64,000 nucleotides of DNA, taken from positions 128,001 through 192,000 of the forward strand of contig OZ245817.1 in NCBI GenBank assembly GCA_965228475.1, read 5' to 3'. Positions 9,298-21,087 of the stretch are shown here, piece by piece. Within the stretch, counting starts at the first letter, position 1, and each line of letters begins with the position of its first letter. The translations under genes were made by a program, and so were the position numbers. Below the pieces are notes generated by a model. The model was not told where the DNA came from, did no database searches, and saw only the letters and a list, made by a program, of their open reading frames with translations. The DNA is from Myxococcota bacterium (GTDB lineage Bacteria; Myxococcota_A; UBA9160; JAFDDA01).

Positions 9298-10151
9298 AAT
9301 TCGGACTCACCTACTTCCCGACGGACTACGCCATGCCCCCCGCCGACTTCGCGCGCGCTGCCGAGGCGCGGGGCTTCGAATCCGTCTGGTTCGCCGAGCA
9401 CTCCCACATCCCGGAATCGCCCGCCACGCCCGGGCCGCCCGAGCCCGGCCAGCCCGGCCTGCCGCGCGAGTACTACACCGTGGCCGACCCCTTCGTCTCG
9501 CTCTCCATGGCCGCCGCAGCGACGAAGACCCTGCGCGTAGCGACCGGCATCTGCCTCGTGCCCCAGCGCGACGTGTTCCAGCTCGCGAAGGAGGTCGCCA
9601 CGCTCGACGCCTTCTCCGGCGGCCGTTTCCTGTTCGGGGTCGGCGGCGGATGGAACCGGCCGGAGATCGAGAACCACGGCACGGATCCGGACGTCCGCTT
9701 CGCGGTCATGCGGGAGAAGATCGAAGCCATGAAACAGCTGTGGACGGAGGAAAGGGCCGAGTACCACGGCAAGTACGTCGACTTCGGCCCGAGCTACGCC
9801 TGGCCGAAACCCACGCAGGCGCCCCACCCGCCGGTCCACGTCGGCGGCGCCGGACGCCGCGCGATCCGCCGCGCCGTGCGCTACGGCAACGGCTGGGTGC
9901 CGCTCATGGGCGGCGGCGAGGACGACCCGGTGGCGCTCCTGCCCGCCGTGCGCGAGGCCCTCGAGGAAGCCGGCCGCAGCGCCGACCCCTTCGAGGTGAC
10001 GATCTACTTCTGTCCGCCGTACCCGGCCGTGGTCGAGCGCTGTGCCGTCGCCGGGATCGACCGCGTGCTCTTCCCGATGCCCTCGGCCGACGCCGCGGGG
10101 GTGGAGACCCTGCTCGACCAGTGGGCCGAGACCCTCGTCTCCTCCAGCTGA
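9294..10151 (+). CDS. LLM-class (probably F420-dependent) oxidoreductase
   Basis: MKFGL..., [34 protein letters not shown]. Confidence 0.88.
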   Translation: MKFGLTYFPTDYAMPPADFARAAEARGFESVWFAEHSHIPESPATPGPPEPGQPGLPREYYTVADPFVSLSMAAAATKTLRVATGICLVPQRDVFQLAKEVATLDAFSGGRFLFGVGGGWNRPEIENHGTDPDVRFAVMREKIEAMKQLWTEERAEYHGKYVDFGPSYAWPKPTQAPHPPVHVGGAGRRAIRRAVRYGNGWVPLMGGGEDDPVALLPAVREALEEAGRSADPFEVTIYFCPPYPAVVERCAVAGIDRVLFPMPSADAAGVETLLDQWAETLVSSS

Positions 10152-10201
10152 GGCGTCCGGCGGCTCCCGGCCGCGCCCGCGGCGTGATACAGTCCGCCGC
10201 C

Positions 10202-10924
10202 ATGCAGAGAAACCACGCGAATGCGCGCACGAGACTCCTGGCCCTCGCCGGCTGTCTGACCCTCTCGGTCGCCGCCGCATGCACGCCCCCGCAAGAAGAG
10301 CAGGAGACCCCGACCATGTCCGGAAGTGACGCCACCCTGTCTGGCAGCGACGCCCTCGCCGCGATCGACGGATTCATCGAACAGGCCGGGATCGACAAGA
10401 GCAACGCCCGCTGGAAGACGAGCCTTCCGCAGCCGCCGAAGGCGGAGTTCGCGGCGGGGACCGACTACTTCTGGAACCTCGAGACCAGCGTCGGCAACCT
10501 CAAGGTGAAGCTCTGGCCCGACACGGCGCCCATGCACGTGACGAGCACGATCTACCTGACGCGCCTCGGCTTCTACGACGGCACCGCCTTCCACCGCGTG
10601 ATCACGGACTTCATGGCCCAGGGCGGCGACCCGCTCGGCAACGGCACCGGCGGCCCGGGCTACGACTACGACGGCGAGTTCGACGGCGGAAAGCGCCACG
10701 ACCGCCCCGGCCTGCTCAGCATGGCGAACCGCGGCCCCGGCACCGACGGGAGCCAGTTCTTCCTGACCTTCGTCCCGACGCCCTGGCTCGACGGCAAGCA
10801 CACGCTGTTCGGCGAGGTCGTGGAGGGCGAGGACACGCTGAAGGCGCTCGAAGCGCGCGGCAGCCAGAGCGGCCGCACGAGCGAGCCGCTCGAGATCGTC
10901 AAGGCGACGATCAGCACCGAGTAG
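10202..10924 (+). CDS. Cyclophilin-type peptidyl-prolyl isomerase, probable lipoprotein
   Basis: [43 protein letters not shown] lipobox. Confidence 0.92.
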   Translation: MQRNHANARTRLLALAGCLTLSVAAACTPPQEEQETPTMSGSDATLSGSDALAAIDGFIEQAGIDKSNARWKTSLPQPPKAEFAAGTDYFWNLETSVGNLKVKLWPDTAPMHVTSTIYLTRLGFYDGTAFHRVITDFMAQGGDPLGNGTGGPGYDYDGEFDGGKRHDRPGLLSMANRGPGTDGSQFFLTFVPTPWLDGKHTLFGEVVEGEDTLKALEARGSQSGRTSEPLEIVKATISTE

Positions 10925-10945
10925 TCTTCCGTCGATCGCGTCCGG

Positions 10946-11614
10946 CTAGCTCGCCGCCTCGAGGGCGCTCCGCAGCCGGTCTGCGTGGTCGCAGTAGACG
11001 CCGTCGAAGCCCCGGGCGATCAGGTCGGCGAGCCGCGCCGGCTCCTGGACGTCCCAGGCGAAGACGCGCCGTCCGCGCTGCTGATAGACGGCGACCCACT
11101 CGGGTTGCCAGTGACTCCAGTGCAGGTTGATGGCGTCGATGCCGACCTCCACCATGCGGGCCGCGCGCGGCTCCGGCGGCGTCCGCATGTGCTCGATGCT
11201 GGTGGAGTCGACGAGGTGGATCTCCGGGGAGAGCGGCCGCCAGCCCGCGACCACCCGCCAGTTCCAGTGACACAGCCAGAGCGCGGCCTCTGCGCCGTGG
11301 GCCCGGGCGGTTTCGATCACCGTCGGCGCGGCCGCCTCGTCCTTCACGTCGAGGGAGAGGGGCACTTCCGGGCCGCAGGCCTCGTAGAGCTCGACGAGGG
11401 TGGGAACGTGGGGAGGGAGGGCGCGGCGCTCGAGCTCGCGGATCGGCCGGCCGTCGAACTCGCCGTCGTGGTCGAGCACGGCGACGCCGTCCCGTGTGAT
11501 CCAGACGTCGGATTCGAGCGCGTTCGCGCCCATCTCGAGGGCGAGCCGGAACGCTTCGAGGGTGTTCTCGGGCGCGTGCGCCCGGGCGCCGCGGTGCGCG
11601 AAGCCGAAGAACAC
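10946..11614 (-). CDS. Glycerophosphodiester phosphodiesterase family
   Basis: [30 protein letters not shown] overlaps upstream stop (TAGTG). Confidence 0.85.
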   Translation of the reverse strand: MFFGFAHRGARAHAPENTLEAFRLALEMGANALESDVWITRDGVAVLDHDGEFDGRPIRELERRALPPHVPTLVELYEACGPEVPLSLDVKDEAAAPTVIETARAHGAEAALWLCHWNWRVVAGWRPLSPEIHLVDSTSIEHMRTPPEPRAARMVEVGIDAINLHWSHWQPEWVAVYQQRGRRVFAWDVQEPARLADLIARGFDGVYCDHADRLRSALEAAS

Positions 11615-12981
11615 TAGGCCTCGACGACCACCGTCTTGATGTTGACGAACTCGCGGATGCCGAAGTCGGCGAGCTCGCGTCCGTAGCCCGAGAGCTTGAC
11701 CCCGCCGAAGGGCAGGCGCGGGTCGCTCTTGACCATGCCGTTCACGAAGACGCAGCCGCTCTCGATGCGCGGGGCGAGGGCCTCCGCGCGCGCGGAGTCT
11801 CCCGACCAGACGCTTGCGCCGAGCCCGAACTCCGAGCCGTTCGCGATCTCGACGGCGTGGTCTTCGCTCTTCGCGACGAGGAGCGCGGCCACCGGGCCGA
11901 AGGTCTCCTCGCAGGCCACGGCGGTTTCGGGCGTCAGGTCGGCGAGCAGGGTCGGTTCGTAGAAGCAGCCGGCGTCGCCGATCCGCTTGCCGCCCGTCAC
12001 CAGCCGCGCGCCCTGCTCGAGACTCTTCGCGACCTGGCGCTCGAGGTCGTCGACGAGATCCGGGCGCGCCAGCGGGCCGAGGTCCGTTCCCTCGGCGAGC
12101 GGGTTCCCGACCACGAGCTTCTCGAGCTCGTCCCGGAACGCCGCTTCGAAGGCGTCGGCGATGCCCTCCATCACGATGAAGCGCTTGGCGGCGATGCAGC
12201 TCTGCCCCGTGTTGATCGTCCGCGCCAGGGCGGCGTGGCGCGCGACCTCCGCCGCGTCCACGTCGTCGAGCACGATGAACGGGTCGCTCCCGCCGAGTTC
12301 GAGCACGCTCTTCTTGATGCGTTGCCCGGCGCGGGAGGCGACGGCGGCCCCCGCGCCCTCGCTCCCGGTGAGCGTCACGGCGCGGACCGCGGGGTGATCG
12401 ATCACCGAAGCGACGGCGCCCGAGCCGATGACGAGCGTGCGGAAGGCGCCTTCCGGGAGCCCGGCCCGCCGAAGCAGATCTTCGATCGCGAGGGCCGAGC
12501 CCGTGACGTTCGAGGCATGCTTGAGCAGTCCGACGTTGCCCGCCATGAGGGCCGGAGCCGCGAAGCGGAAGACCTGCCACAGGGGGAAGTTCCACGGCAT
12601 CACCGCCAGCACCGGGCCGATCGGATCGAAGCGCACGTAGCTCTTCACCGCGTCCGAGGCGACGGTCTCCGGCGCGAGGAAGCGTTCCGCGTGGTCGGCG
12701 TAGAAGCGGCAGACCCAGGCGCACTTCTGGACCTCCGCCACGCCCTGGGCGACCGGCTTGCCCATCTCGCGCGCCATGCGCTCGGCATGGGTCCGCTCCT
12801 CGTCCTTCAGCAGGTCCGCGGCGCGCCGCAGGATGCCCGCGCGCTCGGCGAAGCCGGTTTCGCGCCAGCCCGCGAAGGCGGTGGCGGACGCTTCGATGGC
12901 CGCGGCGACCGCCTTCGCGTCCATCTCTTCGAAGGTTTCGAAGACTTTCCCGGTCGCCGGATCGATCGATGCGAGCGCCAC
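11614..12981 (-). CDS. sad: NAD(P)-dependent succinate-semialdehyde dehydrogenase (Sad-like)
   Basis: [33 protein letters not shown]. Confidence 0.85.
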   Translation of the reverse strand: MALASIDPATGKVFETFEEMDAKAVAAAIEASATAFAGWRETGFAERAGILRRAADLLKDEERTHAERMAREMGKPVAQGVAEVQKCAWVCRFYADHAERFLAPETVASDAVKSYVRFDPIGPVLAVMPWNFPLWQVFRFAAPALMAGNVGLLKHASNVTGSALAIEDLLRRAGLPEGAFRTLVIGSGAVASVIDHPAVRAVTLTGSEGAGAAVASRAGQRIKKSVLELGGSDPFIVLDDVDAAEVARHAALARTINTGQSCIAAKRFIVMEGIADAFEAAFRDELEKLVVGNPLAEGTDLGPLARPDLVDDLERQVAKSLEQGARLVTGGKRIGDAGCFYEPTLLADLTPETAVACEETFGPVAALLVAKSEDHAVEIANGSEFGLGASVWSGDSARAEALAPRIESGCVFVNGMVKSDPRLPFGGVKLSGYGRELADFGIREFVNIKTVVVEA

Positions 12982-12982
12982 G

Positions 12983-14698
12983 CTAAGCCCCCCGTCCCTT
13001 GGATTCCGCACCGACGACGAGAATCACGTACTGGCCCCAGGGGTCGCCCTCCGGCTGGGTGTGGGAGACGCCGATCGCGATCTCGATCGTATTGCTCTCG
13101 AGCATGCCGGGCGGGAATTCGACGCGTTCCGGGTGGGTTGCGTAGAGCACCCATCCGTTGACGGGACGGCGAAGGACCGTCGACGCCTGCTGCAGGAGGT
13201 CTCCGAGCACGTCCTTCGGTTTCTCTCCCGCCTGGACGCGCTGGGCCGAGAGCCGAGCCAACGAAGCGACGTCGACGAGATGCCGCACCGGCCGCTTCCC
13301 GGACGCGGCGCGCATGCCGTCGAGCTTCTCGAGAACCGCACCCGCGGCTTCGTCGTGGCGCGTCTCGTCGAACAGCGTGTAGGCCGAGAAGATGCTGGCG
13401 AGGAACGCACCCTCCTTGTGGACGATCGTACCGATCGCCAGCCGCTCGAAGGCCGGGCCAAGGAGCGTCTGTCGGCCGCTCGGGTATTGCAGGGCCGTCG
13501 CGATGAGGCGGTCGAGATCCTTGGCCCCGGTGCTCCAGGCGGAGACGAAGTCCGCGTCCTGGACGACGCCCTCGACCCCCCAGCCCGCGAGAATGCCGAG
13601 GACGACGAGGTCGCCGGACTGCGGGGGTTCCTTTCCGAAGACGGAGGCGAAGTACATCGGCGCGAGGTCCCGAGCGGCTTCGCTCTGTGCCTCCTCGAGG
13701 ACGAGCGGCTGGCGGCCGGCCCGCTTGCGAACGGCATTGATCCGTTCGAGGAGGGCGGCCTCGATGTCGGTGTCCTCGTCGACGAGGATCGGTTCGCCGT
13801 AGCGCTGTCGGCGCCAATCGTCGCTGGGCTTTCCGGAGGGCCAGAGCACGGCGTTGAGGGCGTTGCGCGCGAGGAGGCGTCCGGGCGGCGTCGCGAAGAC
13901 GGTGAGCCAGGACCGGGCGTCGACGCGATCGACCTTGCACTCGAGTTCGAAGCGCGGGAGAGCGACGTCCGGGCGGGTGTCGCAATCCATGGAATCGAAC
14001 TCTCCGCGGTTGACCGCTCCGCTGATGCCCTCGGCGGGGATCAGGACCTCCCCTCGGACGACGAACGTGCCGTCGCCCTCCTCGAAGACCGTGGGGATCG
14101 GGTCGACCCGCAGGAGTCGTTCGCCGAAGGAGACCGTCACCACCGCGCGGCCTTCCTTTCGGCCGAACCAGATCCCGGCGGTCAGGGGGCCTCCGACGAA
14201 GTGGTCTGCCATCATGGCGTCGACCGCGCCGCGCCAGCTCTCGAAGACCTCCGCGTCCGAGGCGGCCTCGGGGATCCCGCCGGTGAAGTGGAAGTAGCGG
14301 ACCGAGGGGGAGACCGTGGTGCAGCGGGCGCTCAGGTATCGGAGCAGGTCCGGTCCGGGCGGCGCCTCGTGCTCCAGGAAGAAGCGGCCCCACTCCCGCG
14401 CGGCGCAGTGCATGGGCTCGGTTCCGACGACCAGGCCCGCGCGGCGCTGGGCCGCGACCTCGAGCAGGGCACCCCAGTCCGAAGGGGCCCGGTAGGGAAC
14501 GGCGGCGACGACGTTCGGGAACGGGCCTGCGAACGCCCACTCGTCGACGATCTCCATCGGGCGCTCGAACCCCTCCTCGGGCAGGGGCTTGTCCGCCAGG
14601 TCTTCGAGCTTCTTCGGCGACGGAAAGCGGCCTTCGGACTTCTCCGGCGCGGCACCCAGGAGGAGCGCCGCCAGCGCGAGAGTCGCGAGCCGTTGCAC
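12983..14698 (-). CDS. Secreted hypothetical protein with CAP-like domains
   Basis: Signal peptide; LLERINAVRKRAGRQPL and a second similar segment; start uncertain. Confidence 0.55.
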   Translation of the reverse strand: MQRLATLALAALLLGAAPEKSEGRFPSPKKLEDLADKPLPEEGFERPMEIVDEWAFAGPFPNVVAAVPYRAPSDWGALLEVAAQRRAGLVVGTEPMHCAAREWGRFFLEHEAPPGPDLLRYLSARCTTVSPSVRYFHFTGGIPEAASDAEVFESWRGAVDAMMADHFVGGPLTAGIWFGRKEGRAVVTVSFGERLLRVDPIPTVFEEGDGTFVVRGEVLIPAEGISGAVNRGEFDSMDCDTRPDVALPRFELECKVDRVDARSWLTVFATPPGRLLARNALNAVLWPSGKPSDDWRRQRYGEPILVDEDTDIEAALLERINAVRKRAGRQPLVLEEAQSEAARDLAPMYFASVFGKEPPQSGDLVVLGILAGWGVEGVVQDADFVSAWSTGAKDLDRLIATALQYPSGRQTLLGPAFERLAIGTIVHKEGAFLASIFSAYTLFDETRHDEAAGAVLEKLDGMRAASGKRPVRHLVDVASLARLSAQRVQAGEKPKDVLGDLLQQASTVLRRPVNGWVLYATHPERVEFPPGMLESNTIEIAIGVSHTQPEGDPWGQYVILVVGAESKGRGA

Positions 14699-14727
14699 GG
14701 GACGATGCACGTCGAAGGCGCCGGGGG

Positions 14728-15483
14728 CTACCAGGGAAGCAGCGTGAAGGTGCGCGTGTCCTTGACCTTCTCGCCGGGCTCGGCGTTCGCGATCTTCACC
14801 CACTGCTTCGCCCATTCCTGGACGATCTTGTGGGCCTCGCCGTACCAGGTGGCCCGGCGAAGGTTGATCGGCCCGAACTTGCCCGCCTCACGGTCGGCCC
14901 ACTGGGCGACGATTCGTCCGGTCTCCTGGTCGCGAAGCCGGCCTTCGATCGCCACGGAGCCCTTGGCGGATTCCTTGGCGGCGATCGAGGCGCCAACGGG
15001 GGCGGCCACGACCGAAGCCGCGAGGCCGAGCGCGCCGAGGGTGGCCTTGTTCGGCACGACGTCCACGAGCGCGAGTTCCATCACGAGGGAATCGCTCCGC
15101 GGGGTGTCGAGGACCTCGAAGCGTTCCTTCTTGTCCTTTCGGAACGCCTTCTGGAACTCCTCCTGGGTGTACGTCGCGAGGTTCGCGAGGTCCTCCTCCA
15201 TCTTGCTGCCCTTGAGGTTGGCCTTGCTCCACCAGCCCGCGGCCTTCACGTAGGAGGTGTTGACCGGGGCGATCACGATGGAGCGCTTCTCCGCGCCGTT
15301 CCAGCCGGGCTCGAACCAGGCCTTGTGGAACGGATAGATCTCCTGCTTCTCGAGCTGCGTGTTCTCCTGCAGGAAGCCCGAGGGCTCCTTGGCCGGCTTG
15401 GCCTTGCAGGCGCCCACGAACGCCACCGTCGCGATCAGCATCCAGAAGAGGGGCCCGTTGGTCTTGAGGGTTCGGTTCGTCAC
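14728..15483 (-). CDS. DUF3313-like lipoprotein
   Basis: VGAC lipobox, SGFL motif, IEGRLRDQETG. Confidence 0.7.
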   Translation of the reverse strand: MTNRTLKTNGPLFWMLIATVAFVGACKAKPAKEPSGFLQENTQLEKQEIYPFHKAWFEPGWNGAEKRSIVIAPVNTSYVKAAGWWSKANLKGSKMEEDLANLATYTQEEFQKAFRKDKKERFEVLDTPRSDSLVMELALVDVVPNKATLGALGLAASVVAAPVGASIAAKESAKGSVAIEGRLRDQETGRIVAQWADREAGKFGPINLRRATWYGEAHKIVQEWAKQWVKIANAEPGEKVKDTRTFTLLPW

Positions 15484-15525
15484 GCTCGGTCTCCTGAGAG
15501 TTGGCTCGGCCGGCTCGGTGCGCGG

Positions 15526-15810
15526 CTAGTTCGAAGAGTTCGAAGGACAGGTGAGCGACGTCGCCTCGGGCACGCGCTGCCACCCGCGTTTTTCCATGCA
15601 ATGCCGGAACAGGTCCCGGGCGTACTCGCCGCTGCGCCCGGACGGGTCACTGAGCCCCGCGGCCTCGACGCCGCAGGCGTCGCGGTCGGCGCTGCGCTGG
15701 GCGTCGGTTCCGCACGGGCGCTTCCAGACGTACGACTCCCCGAACTGTGCCGACGCGCAGGAGAGCGCGAGAGCCCCGAGGGCGGCGATACACGGAAGGG
15801 AGCGCTTCAC
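15526..15810 (-). CDS. Small Cys-containing lipoprotein
   Basis: ALSC lipobox; DRDAC...CMEKRGW. Confidence 0.7.
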   Translation of the reverse strand: MKRSLPCIAALGALALSCASAQFGESYVWKRPCGTDAQRSADRDACGVEAAGLSDPSGRSGEYARDLFRHCMEKRGWQRVPEATSLTCPSNSSN

Positions 15811-15929
15811 GGGCGGGTCTCCAGGGGCCGCATCGACGGGCCCGGTTGGGTTAGCCTACCACGCCTGCCGACGGCCAGAACGGCTCGAGACCGATCGAAT
15901 CCGACGGCCGCCGACGGCCCCGGGCCCGC

Positions 15930-16511
15930 ATGAACACTCCCGCCCACGTCATCGCGAATCTCGTTCTCCAGACCGCGGAAGACCGGCGCGAGTGGACGGT
16001 GCCCGTGGTCTGGGGCGCATTGATCCCGGACCTGCCGATGCTGTTCTTCTTCCTCTGGGAGCGGCTCGTGCTCGGGACGCCCGACGCCGTCGTCTGGGGC
16101 GAGCGCTACTTCGCCGCCCACTGGCAGGACTTCTTCGACGTCTTCAACTCGATCCCGCTGGCGCTGCTCGGCCTGGCCGCGGCCTGGCGCTGGGGGACGC
16201 CCGCCGGGTGTGCGCTCTTCGTGAGCATGCTGCTCCACCACGCCCTCGATCTGCCGCTTCACAACGACGACGCTCACCGCCACTTCTGGCCGCTCTCGGA
16301 CTACCGCTTCGCGAGCCCGGTCTCGTACTGGGACCCGCGCTTCTTCGGCGCGTGGGCAGCGCTGGCGGAGACGGTGCTCGTCGCCGTGGGCGCGTTCGTT
16401 CTGCTGGGGCGTGGCTTTCGCGGCTTCGCGCGGGTGGCGCTGGTGGCGGCGCCGCTGCTCTACGCGGCGGTGTGGCTCGGGATCTACGGGTTCGGCCACT
16501 ACCCTTCCTGA
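15930..16511 (+). CDS. Membrane-bound metal-dependent hydrolase-like protein
   Basis: NTPAH, GALIPDLP, LHHALDLPLH.DDAH.HFWP. Confidence 0.7.
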   Translation: MNTPAHVIANLVLQTAEDRREWTVPVVWGALIPDLPMLFFFLWERLVLGTPDAVVWGERYFAAHWQDFFDVFNSIPLALLGLAAAWRWGTPAGCALFVSMLLHHALDLPLHNDDAHRHFWPLSDYRFASPVSYWDPRFFGAWAALAETVLVAVGAFVLLGRGFRGFARVALVAAPLLYAAVWLGIYGFGHYPS

Positions 16512-16792
16512 TAGGTCGTGTGGCTCGGCCGCCCGGCGAGGATGTTCTCCTTGCCCCAGTTCGTGACCTTCTTGAAGGCGTCCGACGCGATGAACGCGTC
16601 GAAGGCCCCCTGGTCGTTCCAGCGGGAAACGATCAGGTAGTCCGAGTTCGGGCCGCCGCCGACGCCCTTGTAGAGGCGCGAGGCGTCGTGCCCCTCGGCC
16701 GCCTCGATCGCCTCGAGCACGCGGGCGAAGGCGGCCTCGAACACGGACTCCTTGCCCGCGAGCACGTCGTAGTTCATTCCGATCGTCACCAT
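16499..16792 (-). CDS. Antibiotic biosynthesis monooxygenase (ABM) family protein
   Basis: 97 aa; GKE..FE, YLIVSRW...AF.AF..S. Confidence 0.8.
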   Translation of the reverse strand: MVTIGMNYDVLAGKESVFEAAFARVLEAIEAAEGHDASRLYKGVGGGPNSDYLIVSRWNDQGAFDAFIASDAFKKVTNWGKENILAGRPSHTTYQEG

Positions 16793-16808
16793 GGTCTCGT
16801 CTCTCCGC

Positions 16809-17819
16809 TCATCGTCCGGTGGCACCGTCGTCCGGCTTCGGGGCCCCGCGCGCACCGGCGAGCCGCTCGACGGTGCGCCGGACGCCCTCTTCCAGGCCGG
16901 TGAACCCGGCGTCGAACCCTTCGGCGCGCAGCCGGCTCATGCCGGCCTGGGTGAAGTACTGGTAGTTGTCGCGAATCGCCTCGGGGGTCGGCACCCAGTC
17001 GATCGCTTCCTCGCGGCCGAGCGCCGCGAAGACGGCGCGCACGAGGTCGCGAAAGCTCCGCGCCTGGCCGGTCCCGAGGTTGAAGATCCCGCGGCGAATG
17101 GGCGCCGCCAGGGCGAAGTGCAGCACGTCGATGACGTCGCCGACGAAGACGAAGTCGCGGCTCTGTTCGCCGTCGGCGACGCCTTCGCGATGGCTCTGGA
17201 AGAGCGTCACGCGGCCGCGTTCGGCGATCTGATCGAAGGCGTGCACGACGACGCTCGCCTGGCCGCCCTTGTGCCGCTCCCCGTAGCCGTAGACGTTGAA
17301 GAACTTGAAGCCGGCCCAGGCCGGGGGCGTCTTGCCCTCACGCTCCTGCTCGAGCACCCAGAGGTCGAACTCGAGCTTCGAGCGGCCGTAGGGGTTCAGG
17401 GGTTCGAGCTTCGGCGCGAGGCTCTCGTCGTCCTCGAAGCCGAAGCGGCCGTCGCCGTAGGTGGCGGCGCTGCTCGCATAGACCATCGGGATGCGGCGCT
17501 CGCAGGCGAACCGCCAGAGTTTCTTCGAGTATTCGACGTTGACCTCGGCGAGGTAGTCGAGCCGGGTCTCGGTCGTGCTGCTGCAGGCGCCGAGGTGGAC
17601 GATGGCGGCGATCTCCGGGGCGGCTTCGTCGAGCCAGCCGAACAGCTCCGTGCGATCGACGAGGGTGCCGAAGTCGAGGCCGCCGAGCTCGGTGCGCTGC
17701 TCGAAGTGCTCGCGGAGGTCGACGGAGACGACCGGCGTGCCGCGCTCGTTGCACGACTCGACGAACCGGGCGCCGATGAAGCCGGCCGCGCCGGTCACGA
17801 GCAGGGGAGCTGTCGACAT
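16809..17819 (-). CDS. hldD: ADP-L-glycero-D-manno-heptose 6-epimerase
   Basis: TGAAGFIG, HLGACSSTTE, YASSAATYG, PLNPYGRSK, RDFVFV, YQYFTQA. Confidence 0.9.
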   Translation of the reverse strand: MSTAPLLVTGAAGFIGARFVESCNERGTPVVSVDLREHFEQRTELGGLDFGTLVDRTELFGWLDEAAPEIAAIVHLGACSSTTETRLDYLAEVNVEYSKKLWRFACERRIPMVYASSAATYGDGRFGFEDDESLAPKLEPLNPYGRSKLEFDLWVLEQEREGKTPPAWAGFKFFNVYGYGERHKGGQASVVVHAFDQIAERGRVTLFQSHREGVADGEQSRDFVFVGDVIDVLHFALAAPIRRGIFNLGTGQARSFRDLVRAVFAALGREEAIDWVPTPEAIRDNYQYFTQAGMSRLRAEGFDAGFTGLEEGVRRTVERLAGARGAPKPDDGATGR

Positions 17820-17870
17820 GGCCGCAAACTCTACCCCAGGCCGCCGGAGACGAGAGGTCCCGATGGCCGG

Positions 17871-18575
17871 CTAACGCAGGCGGAGGCGCCGCTCGCTCCA
17901 CGTCCCGGCACGGCCGCGGAAGATCAGCAGCCGGACCGACGTCGTGAGCGTGGCGGTGCCGGAGGAGAGGTTCAGGTTCTCGACGGTCTCGCCCACCCGG
18001 AGGGGGATCTCGAAGAACCCCCCGGAGAAGGGCGAGATGGCGAGCGCCCGGCGGTCGGTCACCGCCACGGCGAGGTTCGCGGAGACCCCGGTCTCGAGGA
18101 CCCGCTCGCGCGGGCCGAGGCTCGCCTCGAGCAGGTTGTTGCTGCCCCCGTCGAAGCCGAGCAGCCGGCGGTCCGTGGTGACGAGGGCGACCCGGTCGCC
18201 GAGCTCCGCGCCGTGGGGGCGTGATTCGCCGCGCAGGTAGCGGGCGCCCTGCCAGGCCCCCGACCGCACGCCGACGGCCAGCACGCGCTGGTCCGTCAGG
18301 ACGACCCCCACACGGCCCCGGTTGGCGCTGAAGAGCACCTGCTCCCGGAGGTTCAGCCGCTCCGGGGTCTCCCCTCCCCCTTCGGCGTCGATCGCCAGCA
18401 GCTCGCGGGAGGTCACGACCACCGTCAGGAGGTCTTCGAGGGGGAAGTCGCCGTAGAAGCGGGCGGAGGCGGGCGGGGCCACCAGCAGGGCGGCCAGGAG
18501 CAGCCCTGCAGCCCGGGCGCTGCAGCTCCGACGCTGCAGGTGAAGCCCTGCGCCTGCGTTTCGGGGCCCGCTCAT
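17871..18575 (-). CDS. Secreted hypothetical beta-repeat protein
   Basis: Signal peptide; ~4 repeats of the type V.VV.TD.R.LA; start uncertain. Confidence 0.6.
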   Translation of the reverse strand: MSGPRNAGAGLHLQRRSCSARAAGLLLAALLVAPPASARFYGDFPLEDLLTVVVTSRELLAIDAEGGGETPERLNLREQVLFSANRGRVGVVLTDQRVLAVGVRSGAWQGARYLRGESRPHGAELGDRVALVTTDRRLLGFDGGSNNLLEASLGPRERVLETGVSANLAVAVTDRRALAISPFSGGFFEIPLRVGETVENLNLSSGTATLTTSVRLLIFRGRAGTWSERRLRLR

Positions 18576-18582
18576 GACCCTC

Positions 18583-18595
18583 TAAGTAGCTGATT
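18583..18595 (-). promoter_or_regulatory. Putative IHF site
   Basis: AATCAGCTACTTA matches WATCARNNNNTTR, just upstream of a sigma54 site. Confidence 0.6.
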
Positions 18596-18613
18596 TTGCT
18601 TGATTCCGCTTTT

Positions 18614-18629
18614 CGGCATGGCCCTTGCT
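18614..18629 (+). promoter_or_regulatory. Sigma54 (-24/-12) promoter
   Basis: CGGCATG-GCCC-TTGCT, GG-N10-GC. Confidence 0.75.
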
Positions 18630-18682
18630 CTATCCGGGGGCAGGCGGCCCTTCGCGGGCCGCGCCGCCCGGAGGAGACACCC

Positions 18683-19624
18683 TTGGAGACGACCCACGAC
18701 GCCTATGAATTCGACCGCGAGGAGCGCCGGGAGCGCCACCGAGCCAAGCGCGAAGATTGCCGGGCGCAGCGCCGCGAACGCCGCGCGCGCCGCCGGGCCG
18801 CCCGCCGCACGGACGAGCGGGTCCGCTTCGCCGATCAGATCCTGCGCTACGTGCTCGTGACCACCCTGCTGGTCGTGCTGGTCCGGCCGATCGGCGTGAT
18901 CGTCGGCCTCGTCTGGGGCTTCAAGCTGGTCCGGCGGGCCTACCGGTTCGACGTCGAGCCGAAGCTTCGCCGCCGCGTCATGCGCAAGGAGCTCCGCCGC
19001 GCGCGCCGCGGGCCCGAGGGCCGGGCTGCCACGCGCGAGGAACGGCTCGCCGAGCGGATGGGCGACGACCCGGACGGCCGCGACTCCCGCGACTGGGCGC
19101 GCGGCGCCCTCGCCGAGCTCGACGAAGCGGAGGCGCCGACCGGCCGCGAGCGGGCGACGCGCGTCTCCGACCTCGTGGACGAGGTGGTCGATGCCTTCGA
19201 GGCCCGGGCCGATCGCAGCGGCGTGAGCTTCCGCGTCGACATCGACGCCGAGGGGCGCGTCCACGCGGACCCGGAACGCCTGCGCGCCCTGCTGCTCGAC
19301 CTCGTCGGAGAATCCGTGCGCGCGCTCTCCCGGGAAGGCGCCCAGGGCCCGGCTCGCATCCACGTCGAGATGGGCGAGAACCTGGCGGGCTCCGAAGTCT
19401 GGGTCCGCATCCGCGACGACCGCGCGGGCGCGGGCGACGGCGCACGGGGTGCCTGGGGCTCGCGGCCCGTCGCCGGGGTCGCCGGCGCGATGCTCGAAAC
19501 CCAGGCGAGCCCGGACGAGGGCGTCGAGCGTGTGCTCACCCTGCAGAAGCAGCCCGCGGGCCTCGCGACGGGTCGCGACGAAACCGAACGCAACGGCGAA
19601 CGCAACGGACCGGACGCGGCCTAG
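18683..19624 (+). CDS. Two-TM protein with degenerate histidine-kinase-like C-terminus (pseudo-kinase)
   Basis: GGAGG RBS then TTG; Arg-rich N-terminus, 2 TM, HATPase-like ADPERLRALLLDLV...VRIRDD but no H, N, G1 or G2 boxes. Confidence 0.7.
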   Translation: METTHDAYEFDREERRERHRAKREDCRAQRRERRARRRAARRTDERVRFADQILRYVLVTTLLVVLVRPIGVIVGLVWGFKLVRRAYRFDVEPKLRRRVMRKELRRARRGPEGRAATREERLAERMGDDPDGRDSRDWARGALAELDEAEAPTGRERATRVSDLVDEVVDAFEARADRSGVSFRVDIDAEGRVHADPERLRALLLDLVGESVRALSREGAQGPARIHVEMGENLAGSEVWVRIRDDRAGAGDGARGAWGSRPVAGVAGAMLETQASPDEGVERVLTLQKQPAGLATGRDETERNGERNGPDAA

Positions 19625-19666
19625 GCCGCGCAACGCGCCGCGCCCTGCGGCGCGAGGAGAACCGAG

Positions 19667-21067
<1,401 letters not shown>

Positions 21068-21087
21068 CCAGAAGGAGGCAACAGACC

